A stretch of DNA of 64,000 bases from Bugula neritina. Lineage: Eukaryota > Animalia > Bryozoa. Both the position numbers and the translations under genes were made by a program. The notes beneath the pieces are model-generated. The model was not told the origin of the DNA. It searched no databases and saw nothing but the letters and a program-made list of their open reading frames with translations. The stretch spans positions 10,870,463-10,934,462 of the forward strand of contig OZ037770.1 of NCBI GenBank assembly GCA_964035545.1, read 5' to 3'. Each line of letters opens with the position of its first letter. Position 1 is the stretch's first letter. This document shows, in pieces, positions 53,581-64,000 of this stretch.

Positions 53581-55734
53581 TGAAATTTGCATACCTCTAA
53601 CCATCCTATAAGAAGTCAACCCGCAAAATTTAACTTTCTCCACCCTGGATATGACTAATGATAGAATGGCTGTATAGTAGTTAAGCTTGTAGGGTTACTT
53701 TTTAATGGACTGATTCACTATTAAGAAAGATTTACATACATAAATAGAACTGAGAAGGTGAAAAGATGACGCATTTAGTCTACCTTGTAATTATTTCCAT
53801 CTTTTGCAAGATATTTTTTGATGGCCAACGCCTATGCAGTCTGTGATTCAAATAATGTTAAGGTCAACTAAATTGAACTAAACTTTGCTGGCATCTAACA
53901 AGTAACAATTGTCAGAGAAACTATGGTTAATTTTTAATACAACTGCAGCAGCTAAAGCCAATTTCTGACTGGAGTTACAGAAATTACTACATTTTTAATG
54001 ACCTAGTTTTTAAAGTTTGTAGTGTAAAATATCGAAACTAAGAAGTTGAAAGTTTTAGTGATTTTTTTATGAAAACACGGAGCATTACAGAACTTACATA
54101 CATGGGTGTTGACCATCTTAGAAATTTGGTCTATGTAGTTATTAGTATTTAAACTGTTTCCATCAAAAGTACAGTAAAACTTGCAAATTATGAGTTCAAA
54201 AGAAAATAAGGCAAAAGAAAATAAGTAGTCAGTAAAGAAGTAAAACCACAGTCTAGCTTGCCAGTGAAAGCTATAGTTTAGTAATTTGAAAAGAGAATTT
54301 TAATAAAAACATTAAAAGTCAACAAGGTATTTGAAACTTACAATAAAAGCTTTTACTATGAATACTGGCTAGGTTGGTATATCTTATATAAGAACATCAT
54401 GTGGTAGGGAACATGCAGAGTGGGTATATTTAATTATCACCACAATTTTCTTTAGCAAATGATACTTAGCTTAAAATCTTTGTAATAGAAGGTTGAGAAA
54501 TTGATGGGGTAAACATAGTCACCCCATCCATCAACTTTTCATAAGTCAAAATGAAAATAACTAAATGTAGGTATAATAGTAAATATTGCACTAGGATCAG
54601 TAACCAATTCGGATATGTCAATGAGCACATACCAGCAGCATGTGAACACAATGGTTACTAATTGTGAACATTATTAGGGTTGGACTGAAATACAGTGACA
54701 GTGTCGAGAAATGTGCGGGCATCTGCATAACCACACATGTACACCAGTGGCCGACCAAACGTTGCCACGTGGCGTCATCCATTATAATATACTCTATTAT
54801 AAAATAAAGGTGGCAATAATAAGAATGAACTACATGACCTATATACTTATGCTCCTATATGTTGCATACTAATAATATATATTATGATACTATGTATTAT
54901 TTTTTATCACCTATCCCGCTTTGTCTTAATATGTATTATGATATATATTATGTATATATTTTAATATATGATATATGAAAATAATATGTAATATAAATTA
55001 TAATACATATTATAATATGCGTAGTAGTATAATATATATTATATTATGTAATATTATATATAAAACATGTTTTACTGTATGTGTTATTTTATGATGATTG
55101 TGTATTGTGCATTATGTATTATAATATAACGTATATCAAATTGTATAACAAGTAAATCTAGAAGCTTTGCAGCTCAGCTGCCGAAATTGTGCACATCTTT
55201 TCTTACACCTGATTGCTAGTACTAAAATAATGCCCTAGTATTTTAAGGCATACCTAGCACTATATGAAATGATTTTCTACTTACTTGGGTTATAATTTGC
55301 GAACTTAATCAGCTAGAAACTGTATTACTCTAATCTAAGAATACTCTTCAATGCAAATGTTATTTTATGTTCATTATGCTTTATAGTTATGTAAAGATGA
55401 ACACATTATTACTATATTGCATTGCAGCTGACTTTTCTGCTGCTATATTGAATCAAATTCTTATCATAAGGATGATGTGCAAAGCTTGTTGATGCTGGAG
55501 AAATAAGAAGGTGAATGTTACTTTCATTTGCAGTTCTACAATATAACATCTAGTTTATACTTCAGCTGGTTACAGCTTGTGTACATAAATGAGCAAAATA
55601 GATGTCAGAAAACAAGAACAATTCTGTAAATTACTCTAACAGCCTGTATAAGTCATACAAAGAGGGAATTCGTTTTTCCGACAAACTATTTGAAATAGCT
55701 ATGTTAGCCTTCTGATCAGGTATTTTTCATCAAG

Positions 55735-55894
55735 TTGTTTTATAAGCAGCTCCAGGTTAGGGGTGAAGGGAAGTTTTAGTTTGGGGGTCTCAAGTTAGGT
55801 CCCGACTTCAAACTTGAGTTTGAAGTCGGGACCTAACTTGAGACCCCCAACTAAAATTGCCCTCACCACTAAATCGGTGCTGCTTATAGAACAA
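55735..55894. mobile_element. Palindromic MITE (TATAAGCAGCACC family) with a perfect 34-bp core palindrome
   Basis: 55781-55850 is a perfect inverted repeat with a 2-nt centre; outer arms TTGTTTTATAAGCAGC / GCTGCTTATAGAACAA. Confidence 0.85.
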
Positions 55895-56709
55895 TTCATT
55901 TTAATTGAAGCCTCTGTGTCAGCATGATCCGGAATTTGGTAATTGACTAATATAATATTTTATTTCACATTGCCTTGTATAGCAGGTAAAGTTTAGTGAG
56001 CTAGGCACACAAACTATTGGGCGTGGCACTGATGCGCCAATAAATGAAGGATTCTGATGAAAATGTAGTATTGCAGAGTGTAACTAAAGGTAAGCATAAC
56101 ATGATTAGAGCTAATCAACTCTGGATATAATAATATGCAAGCTGTAACATAAGTGAGCTTCTGAAAACTATCAGCAACAATACTCAGCTTTCAAATGAAA
56201 AACAAAACTAGGTTTAATAGCATACCACATCTGGCAGTTAATTTATTTTTTGAAATAATAGTTTCCATTGTCAGAATTTATATACATAATAAAATAACAA
56301 AAAGTAATTGTATTAACCTACTAAAAGGAGATAATACGATGTCAAGTAAGATACTTAACTAAATTACAAATAATAAAATATTTACTAAATGTTTATCCTG
56401 CTTGAAAAATAAATTAATAGAATTGGCAGTTTTACAGAATAAACTGGCTATAATATGCTGTTTAAATTCCAGTACAGCGATAAGTATCACAATAAATAAT
56501 ATCAGAGTTATTTATTACATGAAGCAACAGATTTACGAGAGTGAATAAAATAATTGGCATTCAATAATATTACATCAATGTGAAACATAGAAATAGTTTA
56601 GTTGGTTTATTGTCATTATACTGAGTTAAATAAATGATCCGAATTGAAGCTTAATCGACTTAATAATATATACATGCAAAATACAATACCGACTAGAAGT
56701 TCCTTCAAT

Positions 56710-56865
56710 AAAAAACTCACACAAGTTTATAGTTACCATCCCTGTAAAAAACCTCTGATCTAAAAGGTGTTAAATCAGGCTAAGGACTTATTCAGATGGA
56801 GGTTTGAACCCATGACTTTGTGTTTACTAACCAAACGCTCTAAGCACTGGACCACGGCTGCTCTC
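56710..56865 (-). mobile_element. tRNA-derived SINE, family 1, with internal deletion, in the DEAF1 3' region
   Basis: Head and tail match the family and the central body is missing; flanking TCCTTCA(A/G)T duplication. Confidence 0.8.
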
Positions 56866-56996
56866 TCCTTCAGTTGATACAAAATAGCTGATTTTCTGAT
56901 TCCTATGAGATTTATGTGACAGCGTTGATGTCATGCGGTTATGATGTCATCACTTTGTACAGACGACATGTACACCACGTAGAACCAACGTATGTA

Positions 56997-59900
56997 CTAC
57001 TTTGGAGAGTTGACTATGTCAAGGTTACAATCTTCTTCTACTTTCATATCACTCTGTAACAAAGCATTGACATATATTAAATAGCCCAATGTCTCACTAT
57101 CTTACACAGGTGCAGAAGGGGTGGGTGAATCCCCCCAACTACTTTGGATATCTGTGTTCAGTTAGAATATTCCTGACTACAAAATATTTTTAACTGATAA
57201 AATTTCCACATTCATCACAGGGTAGGTAAAGTAACATGTTACATTTCTCTACTTGATTGTTTACAAAGAAATACATTCCTTTATATAGTTACATATTAAT
57301 GTCATCATAATCAGATGTTTTGATTGCCTAATGTGAGTAAAACCAGTTGTTGACTTTGTAACTCATTCAAATAATGGCTTTATGCTGAATCTTTGAATTC
57401 TCGAAATAAGGAGAAGGGATGGGGGAGCTACTAAAAACTAAATATCATTCTTTGTCCAACACCTTTAAATAGTTATAAACAAAGCTTTGGAATATTTATT
57501 ACAACCAATACCAAGACTACCCCCCTCCCCTCCCCTCCCCCCTCCCTGGAGTACGGACTGCCTTTGGTGCTAGCAGAAAGATCATTGTAATATATTTTTA
57601 TAAGTTTTACCTCAATTTACTAGCTTCAATATCAAATGCCTAAAAGTATGAGAGTGCTTTTGTTTTATCTATAGCCGCTAATGAAAACAGATGATGAAAA
57701 TATTTCATAAAACACTACAAGTGATTTCATTATTCAAAAAACTAATGAACTACTACCCATATACTATAATAGCACCATTTCACAGTCTGGTAGGTTGATA
57801 CAGCCACTCACTATACTCTGAAATCCTATTATCTTCACATCATCATATTTTACTAAATATATTTAAAAATATATCTATACTAAGTTGTAAAACTTTCAAA
57901 TCTATATGAAGCCCACGATTGATTATTTTCTTTTACATCTATTAAAACACAGGCCAATGGATTAGTGACTCCATCAACCAATCACTGACTGAGAGCAGAG
58001 ACTGATACTAAGTTGTAGTGCAGGGGTTGACTGACTCTAAGGTGATTTCACCTGCCATTATATGATGGTCATTTGCATACCGAATTACTAATCTAACAAT
58101 TGATGGTTAATTTAGGTATTGAGTTTTCAACTATTAGTTCTGCACTTGATTGATGGCAACAATTCAATTGAGGAAAATTGAAAGAGTCGTAAGCAAGCGA
58201 ATTTTGATTGTTTGACCTTTTCAATACCAACTTTTGTGATTATATTCTAACTGGCCCAGCCCTAGTAAGTTCCAGTAAGTTCTAGAAGACTTACAGAAGA
58301 AGGAGTTGCTAGTTCGGCTTTCCCCAAGTCATTTAAAGCTCGAGTGACCTGAACCTGGCATGCCAGCCTTGCCGAGTTTACCGCCTACCAATAAAACATT
58401 AAAGATTGAATTTGAACATTATAACCACAATATATAGTGCGATAATTTAATGCATTACGCACATGACTTGGTGCATGTAAAATGCTTATTTCACCCCACT
58501 AATAAAAATAGATTGATGTTACGAGAATTATTGGTTTGCAACCCAATAAAAATGGCTTTAAATTCTTATCTTCCACAAAAGAAATTTGACTAAAAAAGAC
58601 TTTTCGTGTTCCGATGATCAACACGTTTCCTCAATAATTCCTTCAAATCGGGTACAATGAATTAATTAGAGCAATATTATGCAAAAAACAATCTTCTGTA
58701 ACCTTATACAATTTTTAAACTTATTAGATTTATCAACATTAACCCAGATGAAAAAATCTGAATTACCTTAAATATTAAAATACAGGATGTTAAAGCATAT
58801 CTAAAAATTTTCATGAAATTAATTTACAGATAACCGAAAAGCGTAACCAGTGCAGTTGTGCTTTAATAGAGGTGATAACTCCCACTTTGAAGCCTTTCAC
58901 GCCATTAAAAATGCATTCAGCTAAATATTTATTACAAAACAATTTCTACCAATGCAATATTCACATCAATCACAGAGTAGGTGAAGTAACAACATGCTAT
59001 ATTTCTCTACCTGATCGTTTACAAAGAAATACATTCAGTAACAGTATACTATAGCTGGTAAAGAAGAGACATAACTCAAGCTTACATCCACTTTTTCCTT
59101 TTCCATCAGCTGCCTCTGTGCTTCTAATGCTGCCGCTTTCGATGCTTCACTCTGGAGTTTAGCAAACTTGATGCAATCTTTCAGTGCGTTGAGTTGATCT
59201 TGCAGGTTCTCCGCCATCTAAAGGAGAATAGAGCTGAGTGATTGATATATCTTTTCTCCATGCAATAAATACTAACCAATCGCATATTCATATGAGAATA
59301 TAGCAGTGAATTCCCAAAAACTACATGGGTCATTTTACTTAATTTAGTACACACTGGAAATCTCCAGTTTTTAGCTATTTTTCACACTTTATGTGCTAAT
59401 GAACATGGGTTTTTGCCTAAAATTAGTAAAATATCAATAAATACACCTAAGTAATTAAGGTTCTTCTTAATTTTGCTTGATTTCCCATGTTTTTTCCTAT
59501 TTATTTAGCTAATTAGGGTTGCGGACCGTAACGAAAAACTGCAATGGTCTGCAATCAAAAGCAGCTGAATAATTAAGGAAAACTATGGGAAATCAAGCAA
59601 AATTAAAAAGATCCTTGATTATTTAAGTATATTTATTGATATTTTACTAATTTTAGGCAAAAACCCATGTTCATTAGCACATAAAGTGTGAAAAATAGCT
59701 AAAAACTGGAGATTTCCAGTCTGTACCAATCAAGTAAAATGACCCACATATATTAAGGACTAAAATAGTAAAATGTAGCCAACTTTGGCTCCAGCAGCAG
59801 CTTTTAGACGTCAAATCGAGGCTGTAAACCAGTGTAGTAGTGACTATTAGATCAACTTAATTCAACTCTGATACAAAAAGCACCATTTATTTGAGTATCT

Positions 59901-62900
59901 GAACTTTGATGTCAAATAATATCTGAAATGGCAAGCGATGATCAAACACTCAACCAACAATGCATGTTTTCTGGCAAAGTGTTTCTCCAAGTGATTTAAA
60001 CAAAGCAAACTGAGACTCACCTGTTCTAATTGGCTGAAGTGATCGGGTTCTGACACGGTATTGGCTATAAGGGTACTTGTGGAGGGTGCAGTGGAAGTAG
60101 GCGTATCCTGTAGCATAGTTTCTTTGCATTCTGGTTCCTTATTGGTTGAAACTTGCTCACCAGATGTGGTACTAGTGGCTAGATGGACTCTCATTTCTAC
60201 ACAAGAAAAACACACCTTTTCGGCAAGAGTTTCATGGTTGTTTATTTATATTGTAAAATCATTCTCCATTACCCAAGAGCGATTACTAAATTTGCACTCC
60301 ATAGGGCAATGTGACAACTTTGAAATATGTAAAACATGGCTACCTAGGATTGTCAGAGTTAAGCTCAAGGAATCAAATATTTAACCAAAAACTGCATCTC
60401 TTTCAGTATATGGATAAGTAATTTAACAAATGCATGTATAGAGTTTAGAATTGGATGATACATCAGGCAATCATCAATATTTCAGATACTACAAGAAGGT
60501 TTTATTTTCGCTCAAAGTACAAAAACTGATCAAAAGATCTCAATTCCAATTTAATATTAAAGTTATGATCTCACATGTTGGCTTGACGAAATGCTGCATC
60601 TAACACATGCACAAGTTGCAGCAACAGAAATAACAAAACTCATGTTGCTACAATGATTAAAGCCACAATGCATTCAATCTTAAAACAACGGGTGAGCATG
60701 AAATCAATAGAAAGATGACATAACACCTACCCACAATCCTGCCGCTGCTGTCCTTGATGTGTACTGTTTGGTGTCCTTCTAAAGAAAAAGAATATACACA
60801 GTTTTATTGGAAAGATAACTCTTAACAGAGATCACAAATATGAAAAGCAAAAGCATGCAGAGTACCAATTTATCATCATGAACTAGCAAATGCTACAAGA
60901 AACACAAATATTCCCCAGGGTACACCTAATGCTTAAAGGTATGACATTTTGATTAGGTGGGAATCATGAATTATTTTATTGCAGAGAAAATATATTCCAA
61001 GTAGCTTCTTTCTAAAAATGCTTCACTTTGCCATTACTACATATTGCTTGCAGGTTGGCCCAGTGAGGACGTTACATTTAGCAAACCAATGAAAAGGCAT
61101 GTAGCTACGAAGTTTAGTAAAGACCTTCAAGGGTTGACTTTTACCGTCATGAAACATGCTCAGTTCACAGGCTAATAGATATGAACTCGGTACATAATAT
61201 TTAATCAGAGAGTACCTTCAGTGACAGTGCCTGACCTAGTGGCGAGTCTCTTGCTTCTAGAGCGAGCAGCCAGAGTGTTGGGAGACATCGGACGGCGCTT
61301 TCGGTACGGAGTGAAGAAGCGAACAGGTCCATTCTATAAATAGGAGTGGATGTAGCGTAGGGGAGACAACATAGGAGTGGATATAGAGTAGGGGAGACAA
61401 CATAGAACAGGAGTGGATATACAACAAGGGAGACAACATAGAACAGGAGTGGATATAGAGTAGGGGAAACAACATAGAACAGGAGTGGATATACAACAAG
61501 GGAGAGATTATAAAATATAAGTAAGGAAGACAATGAAAAGCAGAAGTGACTTAGAGCGAAGTAGGTAATATAATTTACATAAGTAAATAGAGAGCAAGAT
61601 GGAAAACATTGAATAGTAGGCACAGAGTACAAGATGTAGAATAAAGTTAAATATATACAAAATAAATCAATTAGCAAAATCAACATCAAAAATTTTGAGA
61701 AAACAACAAATTTTATTGTAGATACCGCTCGGTCGTCATTGCAGCAGGATGAGCACGTGCAGCTTCCTGAGTGTGGGCGGAGAATCCCGTCTTCTATCAG
61801 ACAACTCAGCTGTCTCCCGGCATACCGAATGCTCTTCTTCCAGTCTTTGCTGCTGGCCCTACAACGTATAGAGCAATCAGTTGTGGGCTTAGAAATCTAC
61901 TGGAATACTATTGCATTACTATGTGAATTGTCTTCTCTTTTGCATTATTATGTGAATTGTCTTCTCTTTTGCAACAATATGCTCCATATCATATGAACAA
62001 AAAATTAATGTTTACAGAAACTAAACCTGAACATGCGGAGCAATTTTTTAAAAAAAGTAAGCAACTCCCAAAATCATAATATTTTCTTTAAGAATTTTCC
62101 ACAGACTGTTGCCATTTATTATGTTACATGGCTGTGTAAAATTATCTGTCTTTTAATATTACTGTTTAACCATTTTGTTGCATAAAGACAATAAAAATAA
62201 TGTTATGTCATCTATTAACTAAATGAGTAGAAATACACACAGCCAAAATTTTTCTCAACTCTGACTTTTCCCCCCTAAAACTCCTGGGTATTTGCTACTA
62301 AAACAGATACTCAACACAAAAAATAAGTAGCCTATATTTAAAAATAACTGAACAAAACCTAATCAAAAGAAATGATCCTAAATTCCAACATTTAATTATT
62401 ACCCTCTGAATAATATATTAAAAAACTCACACAAGTTTACAGTCACTATCCCTGTGAGAACCCCTGATGGAAAGGTTTTTTTAACGCCGGCTAAGAACTT
62501 ATTCATATGAGGCACAGGAGCAATTAAGACTGGATGCTCTTCCTAACATCATCAATGGCCTTTACTGGGAATCGAACCAATGACTTTGTGTTTACTAAGC
62601 CAGCGGTAAAACCCCTAGACCACAGCTGACCCATATCTCCTGGATAATTTAATATACAACACAAAGATAGCCTATTTTACACAACTTATTGCTGCATCTC
62701 ACCGGCCACAGTATGTTTCCCACTCAGTTGGAGTAAACCATGTGCCGTCTGACTTTATACACTTTCCTCTTCCACCTAGAGAGAGAAATTACTACATAAC
62801 ATGACATAAAATCAATATAACTGTCTAACAAACTATTTTTAGCCATAATCAACACTTGGTTTACATGTATAAAAAGGAAACCAAACCCCTTTTCCCACCC

Positions 62901-63932
62901 GATTTTTACTTTCACATTCAGTTTTTCAAACTCTCACAGCTAGCCCTACAGTGCAAATAGCTCCAATAGTAATAGTAATACTGCAAGTTGTTCGCTATTC
63001 AATAATTACTAGTTATTATATTGGCCATAGACATACTCACAGGCATTCTTCTGGAAACACTCAAGTGTTATACTTTAACTTATACTGTTATAGTTATTAA
63101 TATTATGCTTATCATAGTGATAGTCATAATATCAGTGACACACAAACAATAATATTAGTACAAAATATTATACTTATACTCCAAGTCTATAAGTATAATA
63201 AAAATTAAAAAAAATCAAATGATTAATGGAAAACCACAATCACTTTGTCACAATGACAATGGCCATGGGTGATACTGATTGTTAAAGCTATCAGTATCAG
63301 TATGAGTATGACTATCAGTACGAGTATGACTATGAGTTGATCTATATGCTTTCCAAAACACTGCTAATAGTAGCCTAATAACTATTAATTAATGTCGAAT
63401 TTTGATTTACTGTTAGTGTTAGACTAAGACTTAGTGAGTAAGTAAGTAGTGTTTACTAACCAGACCCAAATTTGCTTTTGTGCAGATAACCGTTGGTATT
63501 TTTACATCGAACTGGTAGCTCTGCATCGTAAGCGGATGGGTCCCAGTCATATTTCCTGACTTGTCGGTTACGGTCATCATCATTTACACTGACAGTATGA
63601 GTAGTTTGAGCGATCAAAGGGTTTGATCCAACACCAATTGTTCGAACTCCATTTAGATTTAGGCTGTCGAAAGTAGCTTGATCGTGAATTAATATACAAT
63701 TTTTTATCCCTTGATTAGATGTTGTTATTTGTTCAGCAGGAAATATTCCCTGGCTTGTAGCAACAAAGAACTGGTCAGAATTAAGTTCAGGTGTTGAACT
63801 TGTTATTGTCATTTTACTTTCATTACCAACAAGGTTGGTTATTATGCTGTCTTCACCCACGTGGTCTTGTTGTTCATGGAAGTTTTCGGGGTGACTCGTT
63901 AGATCCTCGGTAATGTCAACTTCGTCAGCCAT
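56997..63932 (-). CDS. DEAF1: Deformed epidermal autoregulatory factor 1 (SAND-domain transcription factor), about 432 aa, 9 coding exons
   Basis: Exons 63932-63461, 62775-62703, 61858-61726, 61333-61216, 60778-60731, 60196-60021, 59217-59086, 58384-58295 and 57053-56997 are in phase (1299 nt). SAND: [16 protein letters not shown]...[10 protein letters not shown]...[20 protein letters not shown]1-type [11 protein letters not shown] zinc motif, [16 protein letters not shown], and a coiled coil. Confidence 0.9.
59326..59746. mobile_element. Foldback element/MITE with about 200-bp inverted arms in DEAF1 intron 6
   Basis: TGGGTCATTTTACTT...ACTGGAAATCTCCAGTTTTTAGCTATTTTTCACACTTTATGTGCTAATGAACATGGG... 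is mirrored by its reverse complement ending AAGTAAAATGACCCA. Confidence 0.9.
61342..61506. repeat. 36-bp minisatellite (about 4.7 units, alternating variants) in DEAF1 intron 3
   Basis: AGGAGTGGATATAGAGTAGGGGAGACAACATAGAAC alternates with AGGAGTGGATATACAACAAGGGAGACAACATAGAAC. Confidence 0.9.
62420..62632 (-). mobile_element. tRNA-derived SINE, family 1, full length, in DEAF1 intron 2
   Basis: A box TGGTCTAGGGG, B box GGTTCGATTCC, shared body and tail. Confidence 0.9.
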
Positions 63933-64000
63933 CGTTCACCCACAAATTAAATTTACTGCTGGAATAACATAAAAGTCAAAAATACGAAAACTAATTGTAG

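Noticed and set aside
60061-60384. 107-aa plus-strand ORF (and the 85-aa ORF at 61739-61996)
   Set aside because: These are antisense shadows of DEAF1 exons.
61342-61506. 36-bp repeats (and the 30-bp repeats at 12001) resembling a CRISPR array
   Set aside because: The units are head-to-tail without unique spacers, there are no cas genes, and the context is a eukaryotic intron.
61201-61689. 162-aa hydrophobic ORF on the minus strand
   Set aside because: It is mostly the intronic minisatellite, and it overlaps DEAF1 exon 4 in the wrong frame.

Overview
AT-rich eukaryotic (invertebrate animal) genomic DNA with spliced genes; there is no prokaryotic content and no CRISPR array. Manual splice-site reconstruction gives seven protein-coding genes: (1) an uncharacterised tandem RWD-like + RING-H2 protein (+, 4129-7790, one GC-AG intron); (2) a BOK-like Bcl-2 family gene with a degenerate BH3 (+, 14439-20234); (3-4) two tandem PAN/apple + F-type lectin genes (-, 22746-25391 and 27345-29480) with near-identical framework patches but divergent sugar-binding loops; (5) a candidate 70-aa membrane microprotein downstream of an RFX X-box (-, 32699-34974), whose first coding exon is also phase-compatible with both lectins; (6) a class A GPCR with an NRY motif (melatonin/Moody/Tre1-like; -, 39217-42739); (7) DEAF1 (-, 56997-63932), apparently without the MYND finger. 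Non-coding content includes about 8 copies of a tRNA-derived SINE, several MITE families (CMC-like, hAT-like, palindromic, foldback), a 1.6-kb CA/CACACAG compound satellite and several minisatellites. All gene models are read by eye and are not supported by RNA data.
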